From the NCBI GenBank assembly GCA_963786915.1, contig CAWBAU010000001.1, positions 1,051,272 to 1,115,271 on the forward strand: DNA of 64,000 nt. Reading direction: 5' to 3'. Below, piece after piece: positions 23,238 through 32,596 of this stretch. A program made the translations under genes and the position numbers. The notes under the pieces were generated by a model, which saw only the letters and a program-made list of their open reading frames with translations, was not told the DNA's origin and made no database searches. The first letter of the stretch is position 1, and the number at the start of each line of letters is the position of its first letter. The DNA is from an uncultured Nitrososphaeraceae archaeon (lineage in GTDB: Archaea > Thermoproteota > Nitrososphaeria > Nitrososphaerales > Nitrososphaeraceae).

Positions 23238-24412
23238 CTATTCTTCACCCTCCACGTTTGCGGTCTGATCAGCGTCTTGGCCTAAGAACTGATCAAGAAC
23301 ATTGCCGCCGCCGCCTGTGACGTTTGCGGTCTGGCTGGCACCCTGATCTATACCTTGATCAACAGTGTTATTGCCGCCGCCTGTGACGTTTGCGGTCTGG
23401 CTGGCACCCTGATCTATACCTTGATCAACAGTGTTATTGCCGCCGCCTGTGACGTTTGCGGTCTGATCAGCGTCTTGGCCTAAGAACTGATCAAGAACAT
23501 TGCCGCCGCCTGTGACGTTTGCGGTCTGGCTGGCACCCTGATCTATACCTTGATCAACAGTGTTACTGCCGCCGCCTGTGACGTTTGCTGCCTGCTCAGC
23601 GTTTTGGTCTATAGTCTGGTTGAGAACGTTACTTCCGCCTGTTATCACTCCTTGCTGCTCGGCTTCCTGGTTGATTATCTGATTAATCTGTGCTGGAGCG
23701 GTCGCGTTTGCATTGACTATTTGTTCCGATGCCTGGCTTAACACCTGGTTTACGGTGTTATTGTTGCCCGTGATACTCGCGATCTGTACTGCGTAGTTAG
23801 TTATCTGTTGATACACGTTGACAATGTTTTTGAGGTTAACAATCTGGTTGTTCTGCACGTTGATGATATTCTTGACGGTGTTCTGGATTATTGTCTTGGT
23901 GGTGATGTCGAGATTGTCGCGTCCTCCGCCTCCGCCGCCGTCGTTCTCATCTGCACAGATAACGCCAATTGAAGCAGACCCCTGCGTTATTGGTGTCAGT
24001 ATTCTTGACAACTGCTAACCACAGCATGCTGTTGTCAGGTAATGCTACTGGGAACGACTGATATGGAATGATGTCAGGTGTCTGGAAAATGTACATCAAG
24101 GATACCGCAAACTCGTCTTCAAGGCAGGCAGCGAATAATGGCTCTACTTGGTTGGGTTGTATTGTAGACACAGCTCCCCACCTAGGTATGAATTCAATGC
24201 CGTTTACATCTCTATCTGATTCGCTCAGCTGTTCTATTGCAGAGTTTTGAAGGTTGATAATCTGTTGTACTTCTGTTGTTGTTGTTGTTGTCGTCGTCGC
24301 TGTTGCTGTTGTAATCGGCCCTGCAAACAAAATGGCTGCTGTAACAAAGATCACTGATACGTACGGGAGTGGCGGTTCTTGTCAATGATGATAATAGTTT
24401 ATCGTGTGTCAT
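23238..24412 (-). CDS. Secreted protein with a Cys-pair beta domain and C-terminal 21/22-aa Q/N/G repeats (paralogue 1; frameshifted)
   Basis: Joins ORFs starting 24412, 24354 and 24011: signal peptide, FIPRW..ACLEDEFAVS..W..GVICAD, then QTANVTGGGNNTVDQGIDQGAS-type repeats. Confidence 0.75.
23258..23600. repeat. 63-66-bp coding tandem repeats of two alternating types
   Basis: Recurrent ccgccgcctgtgacgtttgcggtctg units. Confidence 0.9.
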
Positions 24413-24588
24413 TTGTTCTTAGCTCCTCCTTTTGTTGGTATTGCTTGTTGTTGTTGCTGTGCGCTTGCTGTCACTACGTTGCTGGTGTTTTCTGTAAATT
24501 CCTCTGTTGTTGTCGACATCAAAGACGCCATATTCATAATGGCTGTTGATATCGTCGTCGCCTTCATGGCGATAGAATATGATAACAT
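24409..24588 (-). CDS. 59-aa upstream ORF overlapping the paralogue 1 start (ATGA)
   Basis: MLSYSIAMKATTISTAIMNMASL..GGAKNK*; reading frame conserved in the second copy. Confidence 0.45.
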   Translation of the reverse strand: MLSYSIAMKATTISTAIMNMASLMSTTTEEFTENTSNVVTASAQQQQQAIPTKGGAKNK

Positions 24589-24615
24589 ACATAGAGTGAC
24601 TTGTGCTTGTAAATA

Positions 24616-24634
24616 AGCCATTCTACATATGGCT
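24616..24634. promoter_or_regulatory. Palindromic operator candidate AGCCAT-N7-ATGGCT next to a TATA-like element
   Basis: Repeated at 26242-26260 with one change; TTATTTA follows immediately on the - strand. Confidence 0.5.
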
Positions 24635-24917
24635 CTAGAACTTTTAGATTGCACTCAGGCGTCTCAGCGTATAACAATCTAGTCCGTGTGGCAAGCTCTG
24701 TAGGCTTTCTATGTGTTGTCGTCTCAGATATGGAACAAAATACGTTTTAAATGAATCCTCCACAAAACCACATATTGTATAGGGTACATACCAAGATCAT
24801 ACCACGTCTAAACTCTTGCCCTTCCGTTTCTGTCCTGGGATCAGTCACAATTTATTATTATTACTTTTCACTTACTACTACTTTATTCATTCTAATAGAA
24901 AATAAAGAAAAGGAGAA

Positions 24918-24960
24918 GGGGGTTTTATCGGCCCCCAACTCAAAGTCGCTCAAGGCGACC
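24918..24960 (-). terminator. Double hairpin before a pyrimidine tract, 3' of paralogue 2
   Basis: GGTCGC-CTTGA-GCGACT, then GGGGG-N9-CCCCC, then TTCTCCTTTTC. Confidence 0.6.
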
Positions 24961-25015
24961 AACTGGTTGTGATCGTTTGCTTGCTTGTCGCGTTTTCTGC
25001 ATAGTTTACTTATGC

Positions 25016-26056
25016 TTATGTTCCGCCGCCTTCAGTAACAGCCGCCTTCAGTCAGCAGCCGCCTTCAGTAGAGCCGCCTTCAGTAGAGCCGCCTTCAGTC
25101 AGAGCCGCCTTCAGTAGATCCACCACCACCGCCGCCTTCAGTAGATCCACCACCACCGCCGCCTTCAGTAGTCCACCAGCCCCGCCGCCTTCAGTAGATC
25201 CACCACCGCCGCCGCCTTCGGTAGATCCAGCCACTCAGTCAGAGCCGCCTTCAGTAGAGCCGCCTTCAGTAGAGCCGCCGCCTGTTGTGGCATTAGTGCC
25301 GCCGCCTGTTGGTGGTACTGCTCCTGTTCCATCTTCACCGTCTTCACCTAAATCTCCTGCGAATGCGCTCACGTTAGCGTTCTGGTTCACAATCGCTGTA
25401 TTGCTCTGAGTTACGTTGGTGCTGTTTATAGCATTATTGATCTGAGTGATTATGGTGTTTTGAATCACATTTGCAATGTTAATATTCTCTATGGTGAATT
25501 GCTGGATTATGTTGTTTATCCGCTGATGTAAGTCTTGATTTAAGATGATTGTACTCTGTGTATTTTGCGCCGCTATACCTTCGTCTGATGCACAGATCAC
25601 ACCTGCTGCACCTGGGACTCTGACTTCAGAGTTCTGATTTTCTACAATCACGACCCATATCATAAGGTTCTGGGGCAAAGCTACCGAGTAAGATTCCCTG
25701 ACTACCAGATCAGTACTACCAAGGATCATTTGTCCAGAGACTGCAAACTCGCCAGGTAAACATTGTGCAAAGAGTACACCTAATTTCTCAGGTTCTACCC
25801 AGGTAACACCCGACCATCTTGGCGTGAAAATAACGTCACCTATCTGTTTCTGTCCTTGGTTCAAGAATTGGGTTATGACGTTTGTCGTATCTTGTATCTT
25901 GTTTTGATCCTCTTGCTCCTCTGCTGTTAGTGGGGGCGTTATCTGTTGAGCCACTGCTAACGGCCCTGCAACCAAAATGGTCGCAACAAGCAGTAGAGGG
26001 AGCACAAGGGTTGTTCTTGTTAATGATGATGATGATAATAGTTTATTGGATGTCAT
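25016..26056 (-). CDS. Secreted protein, paralogue 2, with a GGSTE-repeat tail (frameshifts in the tail)
   Basis: Signal peptide, FTPRW..QCLPGEFAVS..W..GVICASD, I/N/Q-rich segment, 15-bp repeats at 25030-25280; ends GGAACATAA like the paralogue 1 region. Confidence 0.75.
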
Positions 26057-26214
26057 TTGTTCTTAGATCCTCCTGTTCTACTTGTTGTGTCTAGTATTGT
26101 TACTATGTCGCTGGTGTTTTCTATGAGTGTCGTCGCTGTTGTTGTTGTTAAAGATGCCATCTTCATGATGGCTGTTGTTATCGCCGCCGTCATGGCGATC
26201 GAATATGATAACAT
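26053..26214 (-). CDS. 53-aa upstream ORF overlapping the paralogue 2 start (ATGA)
   Basis: MLSYSIAMTAAITTAIMKMASL..GGSKNK*. Confidence 0.45.
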   Translation of the reverse strand: MLSYSIAMTAAITTAIMKMASLTTTTATTLIENTSDIVTILDTTSRTGGSKNK

Positions 26215-26241
26215 AGACCGAGTGACTTGTGCTGGTAAATA

Positions 26242-26260
26242 AGCCGTTCTACATATGGCT
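26242..26260. promoter_or_regulatory. Second copy of the palindromic operator candidate
   Basis: AGCCGT-TCTACAT-ATGGCT. Confidence 0.5.
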
Positions 26261-26505
26261 CTAGAACTTTTCTTGGTTCATGCTCTGCCCTCCAGCACAT
26301 AATAAATTGTAAACGATACCTTCTCAGACATAGATTTTTCTATAATAACTCGCTTAGCTTCATCTCACTGTCGTTAATAATAATCAGCTATTGTAGAGGC
26401 AATATCAATAATATTGGGAACTCAGTACAATAATATTAATAATAATCATATATACATATACGCATAAACAAAAAGTTAACCGTCGCTAGCCACACATTGA
26501 GGTAG

Positions 26506-26695
26506 TCATGGAAATTTGCAAATTTCGCATTTTGAATATGTCTCTCCGTCTAGGTGATTGAAATGCGTGCCGCATAACTTGCACGTGTGGTGAACATCGT
26601 CATAGCCGTCCTGCCCGACAAATTGGTAGCTCTTAAGCTGCCTGCCCCTTACATTCTATGCATCTACAGCCACACGATATCATACCGGTATCCAT
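26506..26695 (-). CDS. Small multi-Cys zinc-binding protein (one indel in a G run)
   Basis: Corrected translation MDTGMISCGCRCIECKGRQLKSYQFVGQDGYDDVHHTCKLCGTHFNHLDGETYSKCEICKFP; missed by the ORF track. Confidence 0.7.
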
Positions 26696-26768
26696 AGAGA
26701 TCTGTCTCTTCGTCACTCTCTCTTCTACTACTACTGCTCTGCTGCCATGTTGGTTATAATAATATAAC

Positions 26769-27778
26769 CTAGTCGATGGCAGGTATGGTCAGCTTGATGT
26801 CAGGAGCCGAGTCAGGTTCATCCCAATCAAGTACATCAGGAATGATGTCTCCCAATGGGTCGTAGCTATCAAACCGTGTCTTTTGCGGAGCGGATGCAAC
26901 AAGGTGGACGCGTACGCCATTAGAAGACGATGTCGAAGATACCATTCCAACTTCTATTGCCCCGTCCTCTTTGAATATTCCCCGCACGCAGCCTACCAGC
27001 TTGTTCAGCTCACCGATAGCGACCCTTTTACCTCCCATTACATATACCATCGCTCTTTTGACAGTGCTTGTATTTGGCACGGCATCATATAGCATTGCAA
27101 GGGAGTCGCGGAGTGAGGATTCCGAGCTAGGGCTTGACCGGCTTGTGCATAGCACGTTCATCGCCGGTTTTATCATGCCCCCAGAGATTGAGGCAATGAC
27201 CTCAACTATTGCATTATTTGTTATTGCAAAGCAATCTTGTTGAGATAGGTCTGGGTTATTATCCAAGAATGAGTCGTTGTCCATCACTATAGTTGAATCT
27301 GAAACTTCGCGCACTCTTCTAAGAGCTGTCCCAGCACTGAAAATGCGATCTGTTTCGTACTTGAAGGGCATAATTGTTATAGAGATTACGGCAGTATTGG
27401 AATCTTTTGCCATCCTGCATACAAGCGGCGCTATTGCGGTGCCGGCTCGCCCTGCTAAGTTTGAGACAACAATGACTGTCGAGTAGCCGCTCATTGCCCC
27501 GTGGCAATCTCATTGCGATGACCCTCAACAAAGGAGCGTAATTTGTAACTAGAAGGGTTGATCCATTCTCCGGAGCGAACAAAAATAGCAGTGCACCTAT
27601 CGTTGTAGACCAAATCCTTCTTATCGTTGCTTATCAATAGGCATTTGCATTCAAGAGCCGCACTTGTTGCAGCTGCGATTTCACTTCCTATGCCGCCGAT
27701 GCCCACCAGCAGCATAGGATTTTTGATCGATAGATCCTCGTTCAAGTTATCCCCGAGCTCCCCCGCACAGAGATACAT
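26769..27778 (-). CDS. ftsZ: Divergent thaumarchaeal FtsZ/tubulin-family protein (frameshift near 27492)
   Basis: LLVGIGGIGS, NLAGRAGTAIAP in place of the tubulin signature, IMPFKYE, VMDND. Confidence 0.8.
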
Positions 27779-27844
27779 ATGTCAAGTTAAAAAGTTTTGG
27801 TGATTAATCAAAAGCTAATCATAGCGTAACAAAGTTTAGCTGGC

Positions 27845-29292
27845 CTACAAAATTATCTTTGCTTTCAATGAAAAGTTGGAAAAATCATAAATTTTGACAT
27901 GCACTTTGTCACCAAGTGAAATTTGACGATCAGCAGCAGTAGTAGTAGTTGGTGCAGTTGTTGTTGTTGTTGATGACGACGATGGGGGTGGTGGAGGTGG
28001 AGGTGATGATGATGTTGTTGTTGTTGTTGATGATGATATGACTACTGGCTTGTATGCATAGTTTCTTCCCTGCCTCACTTTTCCAATCTCATCAATTACT
28101 ATTTCGCCTTGCCAGTCCTGCCAGAGAGAGTTGCGCTTCTTAGCGATTCTCCTCGTAAGAGTGTGCAGGCACTCTGACCTTTTCTTAGATACTTGAGAGT
28201 TAACTCTTATGCCTTTCCATCTATATGCTTCCGTTCCAGGCCTAGGCAGCATAGCGAGAAATATTAACAATGTCTGGCTGAGATCTTTCAAGCAAGTCAA
28301 TAGTTTCTTGGAAATCATCCTCCGTTTCTGATGGAAATCCTGCAATGATATCAGTTGAGATCGTCATCTCAGGGATCTTGCCTCTAAATGCATGCGCTGC
28401 GTCCATGAATGTCTTGGAGGAGTGACCACGCTTCATCTTTTTCAATACCCTGTCGCTTCCACTCTGTACAGGGATGTGTAGAAATTTGAAGAGTTTATCA
28501 TTTTCACAAAACAAATTAACCATTCCATCCAGTATCGCAGGCAGATACATAGGGTTCATCATACCTACTCTTATCTTGAAGCTGCCTTCGATGGAGCGAG
28601 CATTCCTTCAGAAGTTCTACAAGGTTGGTGTCTATGTCTCTTCCATAGCATCCATTGTCAGTGGAGGAAAGCCAGACTTCTTTGCAGCCACTTCTGATGT
28701 CTGATTTGATCTGCCTCACGATGTCGCCAATGCGATAGCTCCGAAGCCACCCCTTGGCAATCTTTGTCTGGCAAAAGGTGCACTCGCTCATGCATCCGCT
28801 TGCTATCTCCACTATGCTGACTACGGAGTTGAGCCTGACCCTCGGAATGTTGACTTTATCAATCGTAGAATCTTTGAGCGCTACCAACCTGCCTCCGGTA
28901 AGGGCTAACCTTGCAGCATCAGGAGCCTTGTCTATGCAATTGGGTCCAAGAAGACTTGCAGAGGAACTCAGTGATTCTACTTTTGCCCTGTCTGCCTTTG
29001 GCAGGCAACCTGCGACGATGAGCGGCTTGCCCGACTTTGTCATTGTCCTGATTCTGCTCACCATCCGATGCTCGGTTGTATCTTTGACAGAGCATGTGAC
29101 AATGAGGTTGAGGGTACTTTCACTTTGCTTGGTTGCAATTTCATAGCCGGCCTCTTTTAATAGGCCAGTTATCATTTCAGAATCGGCCATACTTGCCGAG
29201 CAGCCATATGCTTCCATCCATACCTTGGGCTTAGACCTTCTCAGAAGTGGGATTGTTTCTATGATTGATGGCTTAAGGGATGAGCTGAACAT
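27845..29292 (-). CDS. MiaB-like radical-SAM tRNA methylthiotransferase (archaeal e-MtaB type), two frameshifts
   Basis: YGCSAS, TCSVK, AGCLP, GCMSECTFC, HIPVQSGS, TDIIAGFPSET, C-terminal TRAM domain. Confidence 0.9.
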
Positions 29293-30011
29293 AGTAGGGG
29301 AGAATAAACCAGATTACCTTAAAAATCATATGCACTTCCTCTGGACCCATCAGCCTGAAGAGATTCTCAAATTCACGCCGCCTAAGGGAGGAGGGATTGT
29401 ACAAGCAATGCGCCATTTTGGCAATCTACTTTCCTTGCCGTTGTCGCCTATCTTTTCTAAGAGATGACAATTCTGGCTATTATTGTAAATGAGACAGAAC
29501 CTAATTAATCAATTAATCATCTAAAAGCTCTCTCAAATGCTGTTCACCTTCAGATGTGATATAATCCATCGTCATATGAGACTTCCACCACGACCTTTCT
29601 TATCCTATATTTTAATGAGTATTCTTTTAACATATGCCCTTTTCCTAGCTCGTTCAATAACTATCTGACCGGGTCCAACTAACTCAAACCTTTTCAAGAG
29701 CTTTCTGGTAGTTAAGCGGCCTTGTTAACTTAAGGCGATACAGCTTCAGCTGTGAGAATGTCTCTCTTCGATTGTATATGTTAGCCCTCCATGGAAGATA
29801 ACATCCGCTGGACTAATCATTTATGCGCTGTACCTATAGACACACTTTCTAGGACTGAGTTTCAGAAGTACAGCAAATGCATTGGATCCATATGTGGAAA
29901 AGAGAAGTCATGTTTCTGTACAAACAGGTATCTTCAGCTTCTTTCTCTATCCTCAGTGGTCTTGGCACATAGTGATAGTTGGGTACTTACCGTGACAGGA
30001 ACGAAGCTCTT

Positions 30012-30830
30012 CTAATACGGTAACTGCCCTACCCAGTTGCCCATCGGGAAGAAGCGGCACACCAGAAAGTCAAAGACCTGGCCGTACTCATTTTGTATGG
30101 AGCCGGTCGCCATACCGCAACTGATCTGGGTCGTGGCCCTCCAGACCAACTGAGTGTAATGAGAGAACCCGCCCCCATCCGCCGGGAACGGGCCGCCGTC
30201 ATAAAGGTTCTTTTCGTTGATCCAGAAGTTGAGCATCGGCATCAACGTCGCGTTCACATCTATGGGGTTATGGGGTCCCGACTCAGCAATGGTCTCGGCA
30301 TAATCTCTGAAGTTTCCAGGCCCGTGGAACGAGCGGTTGAGCGATGCCTCATAGTCGGCCCAAGCCTTGGCGTCGGCGGCTAGCGTGTCGTTCCACACGA
30401 GGGGCGGAACGCCAACGGCAGCGCGCTCGCGGTTAACGATCTCCAGGATGACGAAATTAGTATTGTTACTTCCCTGTGACGCACCAGCTGGAGGAGCTGC
30501 AGGCGGAGGTGTCTCAGTGGCTGGAGGAGCTTCTGCAAATTCGTCACCAGTTACGGCTTGGTCAGCAGGTGGAGCTAGTGCACTTTCTTCTTCAGCTACG
30601 GCTGCTGCACCTTAATACGGAGCCTGCCCAGGATAGTTGCCCGCCTGGAGGTAGCGGCATACCAGATAGTCCGGATTAGCATCACTGCCGATCGCGCAAC
30701 CGATCTGGGTCGTGCTCCTCCAGACCATCTGTGTGTGTAATGACCATACACACTGTCCGGCGCTCCGAGAGTCCGCGTCACCGGGGAGCCTGGGACATAA
30801 TTCGACTTTTCGTTGGCCCAGCCCTGGGCA
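30012..30830 (-). pseudogene. Tandem CAP/SCP-domain gene, 5'-truncated, with an in-frame TAA between the domains
   Basis: Two HYTQ.VWR.TTQI.C..LVCR..GN..GQ.PY units. TAA at 30612 is in frame with a Pro/Ala linker and a complete second domain (VNRERAAVGVPPLVWN). Confidence 0.75.
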
Positions 30831-30949
30831 AGAGTGGCAATGATAATAATAAAAATAAAGGGATAGGAAAACCCCCATCACAGAGATGCAAAAATCTTGC
30901 TTGATTTTTATAATTGCAATAGTCACCCTGACATTTTTCCCTTATGCTC

Positions 30950-31313
30950 CTACTGGCGATTGTGAATCCAAATCTCCGTTAATACAGTAACATAGGTATT
31001 GACCAGTGCTCCAGACTCCATGTTGTCCCGATTTTTTTCTAGATCATTTCCAAGCGCCATCATAAAAGACTTGGGCACCTTTAGGGTACTCGCTCATGTA
31101 AATAAGTAGCGAGTAATACATGAGCTTCATTATCTCCGTGCTATCAGCACCCTCATCAATTTTCATACTCGACATCATGTTTGAAACTACAAGTGATAAC
31201 TGAGGTGACAACAGTGCGCGGTCTACCTTGTCGGCTAGCCTGATTGCTCCCATGTAAATTAAATCTTCTATTGCGGAGGCGGTCTGCTCCAGGCGCTGGT
31301 GATCTTCTGACAT
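30950..31313 (-). CDS. Hypothetical protein (frameshift near 31085)
   Basis: ORF continues in another frame: LKVPKSFMMALGNDLEKNR..HNRQ*. Confidence 0.65.
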
Positions 31314-31341
31314 TATTGTTGATTGTTCTTGGTCGGCAAGC

Positions 31342-31725
31342 CTATTTTACATTGCCTACCACTGAACGGTAGGTCGCAACAGAATCCCGATCTACTATCC
31401 CCTGCAATGTGTATGGCGTACCGTCTGAGAGCCTAATATCCATTGCAACAGCACTATATGGTATATCGAATTGATCGATCTCGCCTTGCTTAGTGGTATC
31501 AAAGAACTTTGTACATTCGCCGCTTTCATAGCATGAAAAGCCATAGATCCTCTCAACTCTTCTGTGTCCAAATCCAGCTGCTCTTCCACCTGCAGAACCA
31601 ACCGATTCTTCCACCATTAAAATGAAAATATCGTTTCTTATTTTCTTGTCCAAGAAAACATCATTCTCAGCTACAATGATTTTGCGTTGTGGAAGCTGTA
31701 AGATGTAATCAATTGAATCTGACAT
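31342..31725 (-). CDS. Hypothetical protein
   Basis: 127-aa ORF co-oriented with the preceding gene; ESVGSAGGRAAG. Confidence 0.7.
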   Translation of the reverse strand: MSDSIDYILQLPQRKIIVAENDVFLDKKIRNDIFILMVEESVGSAGGRAAGFGHRRVERIYGFSCYESGECTKFFDTTKQGEIDQFDIPYSAVAMDIRLSDGTPYTLQGIVDRDSVATYRSVVGNVK

Positions 31726-31922
31726 TTGTGTACCAGGGTAGAGGAGGTAGTAAATAATAATTATCTGTTCAAGCTCATCTCTGCTCTATTCAACTTTTTT
31801 TGATTATTGAAGCAAATATAGAAATAACTGCAATTGATACCATACATGCTAGAAACAGAACTTACACGATGAGATTGACATTGTTGCTATTTCTGCATGC
31901 AGTGGCCCAAATAGTCCACAGC

Positions 31923-31961
<39 letters not shown>

Positions 31962-32030
31962 GAAGATGACATTTTGGCATATGAATTGTTTTGTGATAAA
32001 TATATAATACTACAAATTGCATGATTTAGC

Positions 32031-32588
32031 ATGGTCAAGACTGCTTCATCACCCCAAGTTCTCAAGACAGGTAGCAAGGCGCCAGATTTTACGCTAAAAG
32101 GTGTGGATAACATGATGCACTCGTTACGAGATTACAAAAGCAAGACAACACTTGTTGTGTTCATTTGCAATCACTGCCCCTACGTCAAGGCAAGGATTGG
32201 TGACATAGTAGATTTGCAAAATAGATTCAATGCATCTGACCTTCAGGTTATTGGCATCAATAGTAATGATCCGAACTACAAAGACGAGGGCTTTGACAAT
32301 ATGGTCATATTTGCCAATGAGTACAAGCTGAATTTTCCATATCTTATAGATGAAAGCCAAGATGTTGCAATGGCATACGGTGCGGTATGCACTCCAGACC
32401 CTTTCCTGTTTGATGCCGACCGTAAGCTAGTATTCCACGGTAAGATAAATGACGCACTAGAGCCAGAAGCTAGACCTACAGTACCAGTTATGGAGAACAA
32501 CGTTAGCAAGCTCCTAAGAGGAGAAAAGATAGAGAAGGACTTTGAGCCTTCTATTGGCTGCTCAATAAAATGGAAGAACCCCATCTAG
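32031..32588 (+). CDS. AhpC/TSA thioredoxin-family protein
   Basis: APDFTL, FICNHCPYV, YGAVCTPD, SIGCSIKW. Confidence 0.92.
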   Translation: MVKTASSPQVLKTGSKAPDFTLKGVDNMMHSLRDYKSKTTLVVFICNHCPYVKARIGDIVDLQNRFNASDLQVIGINSNDPNYKDEGFDNMVIFANEYKLNFPYLIDESQDVAMAYGAVCTPDPFLFDADRKLVFHGKINDALEPEARPTVPVMENNVSKLLRGEKIEKDFEPSIGCSIKWKNPI

Positions 32589-32596
32589 CCGCTAGC

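Noticed and set aside
23258..23600. Regularly spaced repeats as a CRISPR array
   Set aside because: Intervening sequences are themselves repeated, the units are in-frame coding, and no cas genes are present.
29560..29790. Possible transposase remnant (ETFSQLKLYR)
   Set aside because: Too short and degraded; no terminal inverted repeats or DDE motif found.
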